Made by a program: the position numbers and the translations under genes
The notes under the pieces: generated by a model
Told to the model about the DNA's origin: nothing
The model's input: only the letters and a program-made list of their open reading frames with translations
Database searches by the model: none
Source of the DNA: a virus
Strand: one strand, 5' to 3'
Virus record (IMG/VR): IMGVR_UViG_3300045988_034500
Length of the DNA: 45,075 nt
Shown: piece by piece, positions 26,316 through 34,901 of the stretch
Numbering within the stretch: the stretch's first letter is position 1
Layout: each line of letters starts with the position of its first letter

Positions 26316-26364
26316 TATAATACACTCTAGTATACTATATCCTCGTTTGCTACAAGGTTATGAG

Positions 26365-26592
26365 ATGAGTAATAATAAAACTACTGTTAAAACTCTACAA
26401 ACTACTACTGTTGGTAAAGTAGTATGGCTACCTCTACACGTCAAAGAACTCGATAAAGTTTTTCCTGAAGACACTAGTAATGACAAGTACGGTGTGATGT
26501 GCTATCGTAATGGGCAACGCTCAGTCATTAAGTACATCGAGCAACAGGTAAAGAAGATGCTCAAGGATGATACTAATGGTATCCCTCGATGA
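26365..26592 (+). CDS. hypothetical protein
   Basis: ATG at 26365 (MSNNKTTVKT...). The track starts at TTG 26347. Confidence 0.4.
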   Translation: MSNNKTTVKTLQTTTVGKVVWLPLHVKELDKVFPEDTSNDKYGVMCYRNGQRSVIKYIEQQVKKMLKDDTNGIPR

Positions 26593-26995
26593 GTATCACT
26601 ATGAGGTACCAAACATCAATATCTTGCGTAATGTGATTGAAGCACACGCTGAAGACTACCCGATGTACCAAGGTGATAAGGTACCTTGGAGTCAGTGGTT
26701 GACTCTTTCTGCTGTGTGTGCTTCTAATTATGTTCTTGTAGGTACTGATGATGAAGGTAAGCAAGCGTTTGCGATCTTCGACATAGGCTATGATCCTCAT
26801 GTTGTTGGTTCTGTCTTGACTATGCAGATGACTGTAAGCAACAGTCCTAAAGCTATGTCTGCGATTACAAAGCGCTTGCTAAGAATTGCGTACAACTGCG
26901 GTTGCTCGTACATCTGGATGACTAGAAGGACAGGTGCATACAGCTACTCAGGTACGTTTCATAAACTTAGAGAAAAATCTAATGGGATTTTTTAA
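26576..26995 (+). CDS. hypothetical protein
   Basis: ATG at 26576 with an AAGGA RBS. 139 aa. Confidence 0.45.
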   Translation: MVSLDEYHYEVPNINILRNVIEAHAEDYPMYQGDKVPWSQWLTLSAVCASNYVLVGTDDEGKQAFAIFDIGYDPHVVGSVLTMQMTVSNSPKAMSAITKRLLRIAYNCGCSYIWMTRRTGAYSYSGTFHKLREKSNGIF

Positions 26996-27254
26996 AGACT
27001 TGATTACCTTTGGTGGGTACAGCCAGTCTAAGGCTACGGCTAAGGCGGCTCAGGATCAGGCTAGACAGCAGGAAGAGCTGTATAACCAACAGCTCAAGGA
27101 GCAGCAGGAAGCCGCTATTCTCAAGGGTGACGAAATGGCAGAAGCCGTTGCTACTATCAATACTGGTGGCGGTGGTTCTTATGCGGATGATCCGTTCGCT
27201 AAGAGAAAGAAGCGTTTTAATTTCGGATCCAGTGATTCGTTGGGGATTATGTAA
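26982..27254 (+). CDS. small Gly-rich basic protein (90 aa), paralogue of the next gene; possible small virion or ejection protein
   Basis: MGFFKDL...GGGGSYADDPFAKRKKRFNFGSSDSLGIM. Position is equivalent to T7 gp6.7/7.3, upstream of the portal. Confidence 0.4.
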   Translation: MGFFKDLITFGGYSQSKATAKAAQDQARQQEELYNQQLKEQQEAAILKGDEMAEAVATINTGGGGSYADDPFAKRKKRFNFGSSDSLGIM

Positions 27255-27511
27255 TGGGAAAGGTTAAGAAGTGGTTTGGCGGTGGCGGTAATAATGGTGC
27301 TGCTGAAGCTGAACGTCGTATGCGTGAACAGCAGGAACGCGATCGTATCGAGCGAGAGAACAGACTCATGCTTGAAGGTTCTACTGGTGCGGATACTGCT
27401 GAGTCGTCTGGTAATGTGCAGACGGGTTATGATGTCTATGATGGTGGCGGCGGTATTCGTCGTAAGAAGCGAGTCGGTGATAATGTCAGTGCTTCCCTCG
27501 GCATTGGTTAA
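27254..27511 (+). CDS. small Gly-rich basic protein (85 aa), paralogue of the previous gene
   Basis: MGKVKKWFGGGGNNG...GGGGIRRKKRVGDNVSASLGIG shares GGGG, KRKKR and SLGI(M/G) features with the upstream gene. Confidence 0.45.
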   Translation: MGKVKKWFGGGGNNGAAEAERRMREQQERDRIERENRLMLEGSTGADTAESSGNVQTGYDVYDGGGGIRRKKRVGDNVSASLGIG

Positions 27512-27533
27512 CGACGGTTGGGGCTGGTAGTTA

Positions 27534-29054
27534 ATGATCGACAAGACGCATCAAACCCTGTTTGAGGAGTACAGGGATTTAAGACTCCTCAATAAGTTCG
27601 AACAGTACAGTAAGTGGACTGTAGCTTCTGTGTTCCCTCACAGTATGAAGATTGACGATCTTCAGGGTAATGATGTGATTGAACGTGACTTCCAGTCCAT
27701 GGGTGCTGTGTTGGTTAATAACCTCACGGCTAAGCTGTGCAAGCTCCTGTTCCCTGTTGGGCTTTCTTTCTTTAAGCTCAAGGATACGAAGGAGCTTAAA
27801 CAGTTCTTGGGTTCTCTTGGTGAAAGGAAGAGAACTCTTACCGAGATCGAGAACACATGCTCGGAACGTATTCTGATGAATGCAGGATACGCACAGTTGC
27901 ATCAGTTGATTAAGACTCTGATTGTGACTGGTAATGCTTTGGTTGTACGCAAGGAGAACAAGCTCGTTGTGTATACTCCGAGAAACTACAGTCTCTTGAG
28001 AGACGCAGACGGTACTGTGCTTGACATGGTACTGTGTGAACAGATTAGTTATGATAGAGTTCCAGTCGACATTAAAGCATTTATCAATGCTGAGGGTAAA
28101 GAACCCAGAGACACTGTCGATATGTATACACGAGTCAGAAGGATTAAAGATGGAAGTGGAAGGTACAAAGTCAGTCAACAGATCGAAGGACATCAGGTCG
28201 GAGACGAAGTCATCTTCGCTCAAAATCTGTGTCCTTACATTCCTGTTGCTTGGAGTATTGTTAATAGCGATTCTTACGGACACGGACTCGTTGAAGACCT
28301 CGCAGGAGACTTCGCCAAGCTATCATGTCTCTCCGAAGCCCTCGCCAAATACGAGATCGACGCATGTAGAGTAGTCAATCTCGTCAAGAGCGGTAGCGGT
28401 GGCGACATCGACGCTCTTGCTGAAGCAGAGATTGGCGAGTGGGTTCAGGCTGATCCTGATGCAGTCGGTAAGACTGATGCAGGTGATGCGAACATGATTA
28501 AGAACCTGCTCGTAGATATCGAGCAGATCATTGGCAGACTCAGTATCGCGTTCATGTACACGAGTAATGTTCGTGACGCAGAACGAGTTACTGCCGAAGA
28601 GATCAGACAGAAGGTTGCTGAAGCCGATCAGGCACTTGGTGGTGTTTACTCCCAGTTGTCTGAAGCCCTTCATAAGCCTATCGCGTATCTTCTCCTCGCT
28701 GAAGAAGATCAGAAGATCGAAGCGGCTATCAAGGCCAATAAGGTAAAATTCGAAATCCTTACGGGTACCGCCGCTCTTGGCAGAGGGAATGACACTGAAA
28801 GACTTCTGACCAGTATTCAGACTCTTGGTGTACTCATCCCTGCGATGTCACAGCTCAGTAAGAGATTCAACACCGAAGGCGTCATCGACATGATTCTGAC
28901 GAACAACGGTGTTACGCTCGATAAGGTTATGAAGTCTGACGAACAGCTTGAGCAGGAAGCTCAGGAAGCTCAGGCTCAGATGCAAGCAATGCAACAACAG
29001 GCTACTGCCTTGGACGCCTCTCAGGCGGCAGGCGGTATGCTTCAAGGATTTTAA
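27534..29054 (+). CDS. portal (head-tail connector) protein
   Basis: 506 aa, first large gene of the structural block. Gln/Ala-rich C-terminus. Followed by scaffold and capsid as in T7 genes 8, 9 and 10. Confidence 0.75.
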   Translation: MIDKTHQTLFEEYRDLRLLNKFEQYSKWTVASVFPHSMKIDDLQGNDVIERDFQSMGAVLVNNLTAKLCKLLFPVGLSFFKLKDTKELKQFLGSLGERKRTLTEIENTCSERILMNAGYAQLHQLIKTLIVTGNALVVRKENKLVVYTPRNYSLLRDADGTVLDMVLCEQISYDRVPVDIKAFINAEGKEPRDTVDMYTRVRRIKDGSGRYKVSQQIEGHQVGDEVIFAQNLCPYIPVAWSIVNSDSYGHGLVEDLAGDFAKLSCLSEALAKYEIDACRVVNLVKSGSGGDIDALAEAEIGEWVQADPDAVGKTDAGDANMIKNLLVDIEQIIGRLSIAFMYTSNVRDAERVTAEEIRQKVAEADQALGGVYSQLSEALHKPIAYLLLAEEDQKIEAAIKANKVKFEILTGTAALGRGNDTERLLTSIQTLGVLIPAMSQLSKRFNTEGVIDMILTNNGVTLDKVMKSDEQLEQEAQEAQAQMQAMQQQATALDASQAAGGMLQGF

Positions 29055-29069
29055 ACAAAAGGATATTTC

Positions 29070-29846
29070 ATGACAGACCCTATCAATCAGATGGATCAGC
29101 AGTCGCCTCAGACTGCAGAACCCTCTCAGAGCCGCGTAGAACCCTCTCAGACGGCTCCACAGGTGCCTCCTGCTATGGTTGCACCAACCGCCCCTCAGAA
29201 CGCTCCACAGAGCGTTAATGAGCCTCCTACGGCTCCTAACGATTGGGGCAACCTCACCTCTGGTGATGCGGTGCTTGATGGCGCGATCAAGGCGTTTACT
29301 GACGCATCGGGTATGAGTCCGCAGGATTTCATTCAGATCGTTGGTAATGCAGTTGATTATGGTGATCCTGAACTTATCGACAAGACGCTTCTGAATACGA
29401 AGTACGCAGGTAAGGAAGGAACGATCAGGGAACTGGTGAATGCTCTTATTCATCAGAGCGCTAACGCAGAGAACGCTGTGCGTAATACTGCATACAGTGT
29501 TGCAGGTTCTAAGGAAGCGTGGGATCAGGCAGTGGCGATCTTCAATGCCAATGCTCCTGCGTATCTCAAGGAGACGGTTAAGACTATGATTGACAATGGA
29601 AAGGTCCAAGAAGGTGCGCAGATGCTCATGAACAGTGTTGGTTCTTATGGGCAGGGTGCATCGTCCATGCCTCAGATGGGTGGCGGTATGACTCCCCAGA
29701 AGGGGCTGAGCTTCGACGAACTCAAGGTTGAGTTGGGTAAGCTCGTACAGGAGGCAGGTGGTGCCTCTCTCGAATCTGGTACGTATGGAAGACGTTACCA
29801 AGATCTTATGAGACGCCGTGCTATCGGTAGACAGCACGGTATCTAA
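29070..29846 (+). CDS. scaffolding protein
   Basis: 258 aa, low complexity with a Pro/Gln-rich N-terminus and a helical remainder. Lies between the portal and the capsid. Confidence 0.65.
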   Translation: MTDPINQMDQQSPQTAEPSQSRVEPSQTAPQVPPAMVAPTAPQNAPQSVNEPPTAPNDWGNLTSGDAVLDGAIKAFTDASGMSPQDFIQIVGNAVDYGDPELIDKTLLNTKYAGKEGTIRELVNALIHQSANAENAVRNTAYSVAGSKEAWDQAVAIFNANAPAYLKETVKTMIDNGKVQEGAQMLMNSVGSYGQGASSMPQMGGGMTPQKGLSFDELKVELGKLVQEAGGASLESGTYGRRYQDLMRRRAIGRQHGI

Positions 29847-29852
29847 TTAAAC

Positions 29853-29880
29853 AGGGAGCCAAGTGCTCCCTTATTTTTTT
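29853..29880 (+). terminator. intrinsic terminator (AGGGAGC/GCTCCCT stem followed by TATTTTTTT) between the scaffold and capsid genes
   Basis: Read directly. Confidence 0.6.
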
Positions 29881-29903
29881 AACCAACTAAAGGAAAGAAA
29901 AGA

Positions 29904-30905
29904 ATGGCTAATACTCAGTGGCAGCCCTATTATTCCCGCAATCATTGGGCGGGTCAGAACGCTACTACCGACGAACATCTCGAAATGTATCTTGGCGAAG
30001 TCGAATCCAGATTCGAGTACAATGCTGTGATGCGTGGCTTCACGAACGAACGTTCTGTTGCTAATGAAACGAATACGTATCGCATTGACCGTATCGGTTC
30101 GTCCAAGGTCATGGGTCGTAAGGCAGGTGAAACCCTGACGGCTCAGCGAGTCACGAACGAAAAGATGATCCTCTCTGTGGATACGGTGCTGTACATTCGT
30201 GAAGTCTTTGACTGGCAGGACCAGTGGACGGCTCCTGATCGTCTGATGGAGATTGCTCGTAACAACGGCTATGAATTCGCTGAAATGTATGATAATGCTC
30301 ATATCATTCAGCTCATCAAGGCTCGTAAGGTTACGGTCCCTGCTCACCTTAAGCCGTCCATTAATGACGGTATTGAGATGACGGGCGAGTTCAAGGCTAA
30401 TGCTAAGACGCAGGCGGAACTCGAAGCTAATGCTATCGCCATTAACCTTGCTCATAAGAAGGGTGTGGATCACCTTATCAAGAACAAGGTTCCGCTTGCG
30501 GATATGGTAACGATTGTCAAGCCTGAAATCTACTCGGCTCTGCTTGAACATCCGAAGCTCGTGAATCTTCAGTACGATACCACGAACGGTGGTGACTACT
30601 CTGGTCGTCGTATGGTTCGACTCAATGGCATTCCTGTTATTGAAGTTCTTGAATGGCCGACGGACACGAATGCTCATCCGCTTGGTGATGCCTTCCAGTG
30701 CGACGCTGAAGACCTTGAGGCGGGTATGATTACGTTCTCTCGTTCCAAGACGCTTGTGACGGTCAAGGCCAAGGATTTCACGACGAACCTCTGGCAGGAC
30801 AACGAGAACTTCGCTCAGGTGCTTGACTGCTACACGATGTACAACGTTGGCATTCGTCGTCCTGATGCTTGTGTTGTCTGCAGGTTCGAAGAACCTGCGG
30901 GTTAA
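29904..30905 (+). CDS. major capsid protein
   Basis: 333 aa, T7 gp10 size and position. AAAGGAAAG RBS. Confidence 0.8.
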   Translation: MANTQWQPYYSRNHWAGQNATTDEHLEMYLGEVESRFEYNAVMRGFTNERSVANETNTYRIDRIGSSKVMGRKAGETLTAQRVTNEKMILSVDTVLYIREVFDWQDQWTAPDRLMEIARNNGYEFAEMYDNAHIIQLIKARKVTVPAHLKPSINDGIEMTGEFKANAKTQAELEANAIAINLAHKKGVDHLIKNKVPLADMVTIVKPEIYSALLEHPKLVNLQYDTTNGGDYSGRRMVRLNGIPVIEVLEWPTDTNAHPLGDAFQCDAEDLEAGMITFSRSKTLVTVKAKDFTTNLWQDNENFAQVLDCYTMYNVGIRRPDACVVCRFEEPAG

Positions 30906-30919
30906 TCTAGGAGATCAGT

Positions 30920-31084
30920 ATGCCGACTATCATTGACATGAAGGGCGTCTGGTCTGCTGCTAAGAATACTCAGGCCGCAGTTCACGAAGTGAACCGACCT
31001 GGGTATCAGGGTGCCCCGAAGGCTGCGGCTAAGCCTGCAGCCCGCAGGGCTCCTGCACAGCAGACTGCATCTAAGGCTGAATAA
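30920..31084 (+). CDS. small Ala/Lys-rich protein (54 aa) between the capsid and tail tube A
   Basis: TAGGAG RBS 7 nt upstream. Not in the ORF track because of its size. Followed by a GGGAATCC/GGATTCCC hairpin (31092-31119). Confidence 0.4.
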   Translation: MPTIIDMKGVWSAAKNTQAAVHEVNRPGYQGAPKAAAKPAARRAPAQQTASKAE

Positions 31085-31120
31085 TTCAGAGGGGAATCCT
31101 CTGACACTAGGGGATTCCCT

Positions 31121-31675
31121 ATGGATTTGTTGGAAGCTGTAAATAATATCTTGCCTTACTTCGGTGAGGCTCCTGTAACTCGTGTGGAGAATAAGCACCC
31201 CACGGTTACTTTGATTACGAGTACCATTGACACTGTTCGTAAAACCTTGTTGGCAGAGGGTTGGTGGTTTAATACAAGAGTTGTTACCTTGTATCCGTCT
31301 AGTGAAGGCGATATGCCTGCTCCAGAGAATGCTATTAGCATTGAATCCGCAGACGGTAAGAACTATGAACTTAGAGGTAGAGCCATCTTTGATTTGGATA
31401 CTGGCTCCTTCTTGTTCAAAGATAAGGTTGTTGTTAAAGTTCATGAGGACATTAAGTTCGAAGACCTTCCTAGAACTGTAGCTCAGTGGATTACCTGTAG
31501 AGCGGCTAGTAAGGCTTACACCATGGACTTTGGTATTGAAGACGTACTGCAGGAGATGCAGTTGAGAGAACAGGAAGCATACAACAAGATGCTTGCTGAA
31601 CATCTCAGGAAGAGAAAGTATTGCACGTGGAAGAGCCGTGCAGGGATTACGTATCTGGGATCCTTGTTGACCTAA
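31121..31675 (+). CDS. tail tubular protein A
   Basis: 184 aa. Size and position match T7 gp11. Confidence 0.7.
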   Translation: MDLLEAVNNILPYFGEAPVTRVENKHPTVTLITSTIDTVRKTLLAEGWWFNTRVVTLYPSSEGDMPAPENAISIESADGKNYELRGRAIFDLDTGSFLFKDKVVVKVHEDIKFEDLPRTVAQWITCRAASKAYTMDFGIEDVLQEMQLREQEAYNKMLAEHLRKRKYCTWKSRAGITYLGSLLT

Positions 31676-31685
31676 GAGGTAGAGT

Positions 31686-34088
31686 ATGATCGTTGAATTG
31701 GCGTATCCGTCTTTGTTGTATGGTGTCTCACAGCAGACACCTAGAGAGCGACAGAACGGTCAACTCACTGAGCAAGTGAATATGCTGTCTGACCCTGTTA
31801 CGGGTTTGAGACGCAGACCCGGACTTCTCAAGGCGTTTGAGTTAGAGTCTAATGGGGACATTGACTGGACTAAGGTGTGGTCTCAGTACATGGAAGTTGG
31901 TTCCTTGCAGATTAACCTTATCGTTTTTACGAACTCAGGTAAATGGCTTGCGTTAGACAAGCGAATGACGACCTTGTTGTCCAGTGGTCAGACGGATTAC
32001 TTCAAGGCTAGCAAGGCAGGTTCCCTTAGAGCTACGAACAACACTAGTCTTGGTTGGGTTCTGAATACAGAACAGAAGCCAAAGCCTATTACGGGCGGTG
32101 CTGACTATCTCGATGAGACTAGTGGATATCTCACGATTAAATCTGGTGCGTTCCTAAAAGAATACTCCTTCAGGCTTGAAGGTAAGTACAATGGGGTAGC
32201 GTTCTCTCATGAGATCTCGTACACCACTCCTGCAGGTACTGCTTCTGGTGATGCGGCTAAGAGTACGCCTGAAGGTGTAGCTAAGGAGATCTACAACAAG
32301 ATCAATAGCCTTTCGAATATCTACCCGACTAGAGAAGGTGCTAGTGTGTTCATCCGTCTTGGTCCCAGTAATAAGGACGGGGACTGGCTTGGTGTTGTGA
32401 ACAAGTCTGGTACCACGTATGCTACGGCTAGCACTAGAGCAAAGGTACGCAATGTGTCTGAACTTCCCGCTACGCTTCCTAGTGTAGCTGATAATTGGAT
32501 TATCAAGGTAGGTACTAGCACTTCTGCTATGCAATACTACGAGTGGGATCATAGCACTCTCTCTTGGAATGAATGCGGTAAGAGAAGTTCTGTACAGAAG
32601 ATTCAGAACATGCCTGTTCAGATCTCTCCTAATGAAGAAGGTACTGGCGTTACCATCAAGGCTGTAGACTTCGAAGGTAGAAAGGCAGGTGATGAGGAGA
32701 ACAACCCTACTCCTGCTTATGTGTATGATGGAATCACGGGTATTGGTACGTTCATGGGTAGATTGGTACTCATGAGTGGCTCTAGAGTGTGCCTCAGTGC
32801 AAGTAGATATCCTACTAGGACTATGCGAAGTACCGTTACTGAGATTCTTGATGCTGATCCTTTTGAAGTAGCTTCTGGTAGTATCAGTAGTGCTAGCTTT
32901 GAACACAGCGTACAATTCAACAAAGACTTGATCCTGTTCGCTAGTACGCATCAGGCTGTGATTCCTACTGGTAATGTAGCCATTACGTCACAGAACGCTA
33001 TGCTTGTGATTACGTCTGAGGAGAACGTAGACACGAATGCAAGACCTGCTGTGGTTGGTCAGACGTTGATGTACGCTAGTAAGCCTAGCGGTGATTACTT
33101 TGGTGTCGGAGAACTTACTCCGTCTGCGTACACGTCTTCTGTGTACACTCCGCAGTCTCTTACGGACCACATCCCTAAGATGATGCAGGGGTCTTGTAGG
33201 CACATTGTATGTGCCAGTAACAGTAACATCGTGTACTTCACGAGTGATAAAGATCCGTACACTGTCTATGTCTGTGAATACTTCTGGAATAATCAGACAC
33301 GCACTCTGATATCTTTCCATGAATGGAAACTTCCGGGTAGAGTCTGTGCTATGCACTATACTGGAGATAAAGTATGTGTAGTGCTTGATGCTGCTGAAGA
33401 TGGTAACAACTGTCTGATTTGTAGTATTGATACGAAGACTGCGCAGTATCTCACGCAGGATACTGTGGTGTTCCTCGACTGTGCTCAGGATGTGCCCGTA
33501 AACGTGTCTAGAACGTCTCAGGCGACGACGAAGACTATCGAGCTACCTCCTCACCTCCAAGGTGCTAAGAACCGCGAGAAGCTCGTTCTTGCGTCTCTTA
33601 CGGCAGGTCTTGTTGGTGAGCCTATCGGTATCTACTCAATCAATGGAAACACCATCACGATTGACAGCTCGTACAAGACTGACAAGATCATGGTCGGTTG
33701 GTGCTACGAGAGTGCCGTTACTCCGAACTCCCCTGTCGTGTACAGCACTAGCTACACGACAGGCAACAGACGCATGATCTCTGACACAAAGGATACGCTC
33801 CAGAGTGCATTGATTACTGTTCAGAGGAGTGGTAACTTCTACGTTACCATCAGTGATGTGAATACTTCACAAGAGAAGTACAACCGTACTGGTCTTACTT
33901 GGAGTGCCAGAGAACTGGACCTTGGTAAGAACAAGATCAGTAAGATTGGTGACATTCTTGTTCCCTGCAGATTGAATGCTCATACAGCAGAGATCAGACT
34001 TAGCACTTCAGGTACTAAAGAGATGAATGTTCTGTCATTGGTTTACAACATCAGACTTCATCAGAATAGAAATAGAAAGCAGTATTAA
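31686..34088 (+). CDS. tail tubular protein B
   Basis: 800 aa. Size and position match T7 gp12. Confidence 0.75.
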   Translation: MIVELAYPSLLYGVSQQTPRERQNGQLTEQVNMLSDPVTGLRRRPGLLKAFELESNGDIDWTKVWSQYMEVGSLQINLIVFTNSGKWLALDKRMTTLLSSGQTDYFKASKAGSLRATNNTSLGWVLNTEQKPKPITGGADYLDETSGYLTIKSGAFLKEYSFRLEGKYNGVAFSHEISYTTPAGTASGDAAKSTPEGVAKEIYNKINSLSNIYPTREGASVFIRLGPSNKDGDWLGVVNKSGTTYATASTRAKVRNVSELPATLPSVADNWIIKVGTSTSAMQYYEWDHSTLSWNECGKRSSVQKIQNMPVQISPNEEGTGVTIKAVDFEGRKAGDEENNPTPAYVYDGITGIGTFMGRLVLMSGSRVCLSASRYPTRTMRSTVTEILDADPFEVASGSISSASFEHSVQFNKDLILFASTHQAVIPTGNVAITSQNAMLVITSEENVDTNARPAVVGQTLMYASKPSGDYFGVGELTPSAYTSSVYTPQSLTDHIPKMMQGSCRHIVCASNSNIVYFTSDKDPYTVYVCEYFWNNQTRTLISFHEWKLPGRVCAMHYTGDKVCVVLDAAEDGNNCLICSIDTKTAQYLTQDTVVFLDCAQDVPVNVSRTSQATTKTIELPPHLQGAKNREKLVLASLTAGLVGEPIGIYSINGNTITIDSSYKTDKIMVGWCYESAVTPNSPVVYSTSYTTGNRRMISDTKDTLQSALITVQRSGNFYVTISDVNTSQEKYNRTGLTWSARELDLGKNKISKIGDILVPCRLNAHTAEIRLSTSGTKEMNVLSLVYNIRLHQNRNRKQY

Positions 34089-34091
34089 TAT

Positions 34092-34901
34092 ATGGCGTAT
34101 AGAAATAACAATTACACTGTAACCTTCAATAGTCCCCTGAACACTACGCATAAAATGACTGCTCAGGGGATGTCTCAGGGCTTCCAGATGGGTGGACCAT
34201 GGGGTATGCTCATTGGTGCCATTGCAGGTACCGTTACTGGTGGCATTGTTGGGAGGTTACAGACTAAAGAAGCGTGGAAGACCTTTCAATCGCAGTTGAA
34301 AGCGGCTGATGCTCAGAACAAGAGCACGCTTCAGGAGCTTGGTAGAAATCTCTCTGAGATCTCCAGAAAGCGAGCAGTCCTTGCTATGGAGACTCAGAGT
34401 GCCTTAATGTACAACAAGACTCAGGCTGTGAAGGCTAATGCTAAGGCTAGGAATACACTAGCAGCAGCTGATCAGGTCGGTAGTGCAGTGGCGTATGCTA
34501 AGAGTCAAGTCGCTCTTGAAGCATCTCAACAGGATTGGATGTCTAGGTTCAACTACGAAACCCAGCAATGGAATATGAATGCTCAGGCTCAGAATCTCAT
34601 CAATACTGCGGATGCTCAGTTCGTTGGCGTTAATGTCAATGGTCCGAAGTTCAATGCGGCAGAGGCCCTGCAGGATTTGTTTAGTGCAGGGGCCAGTATT
34701 GCGCAGTCCTATGCCTCCAAGGGTGGTGGTGGATCCAGTAAGTCTGGCGCACAGAATAGCAACTACATTCAGAAGAGAAGCGACTCTTGGAATGGTAAGA
34801 TCACGTGGGGCACAGGCTCAAACGGCTTGACTATGAATGGTAAATCCTATAGTAATCGAATGAAAATGAGTCCGCAGGTCTCTAGTATGTTGGGGCTTTA
34901 A
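34092..34901 (+). CDS. internal virion protein (gp14-like)
   Basis: 269 aa, directly after tail tube B and before two proteins larger than 1000 aa. Confidence 0.5.
   Translation: MAYRNNNYTVTFNSPLNTTHKMTAQGMSQGFQMGGPWGMLIGAIAGTVTGGIVGRLQTKEAWKTFQSQLKAADAQNKSTLQELGRNLSEISRKRAVLAMETQSALMYNKTQAVKANAKARNTLAAADQVGSAVAYAKSQVALEASQQDWMSRFNYETQQWNMNAQAQNLINTADAQFVGVNVNGPKFNAAEALQDLFSAGASIAQSYASKGGGGSSKSGAQNSNYIQKRSDSWNGKITWGTGSNGLTMNGKSYSNRMKMSPQVSSMLGL

Noticed and set aside
30850-31084. T7 gene 10B-style -1 frameshift fusing the capsid to the downstream 54-aa ORF
   Set aside because: The small ORF is in the -1 frame relative to the capsid, but that frame has a TAG at 30908-30910 between the capsid stop and the ATG. 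Fusion is therefore impossible, and it is an independent gene.
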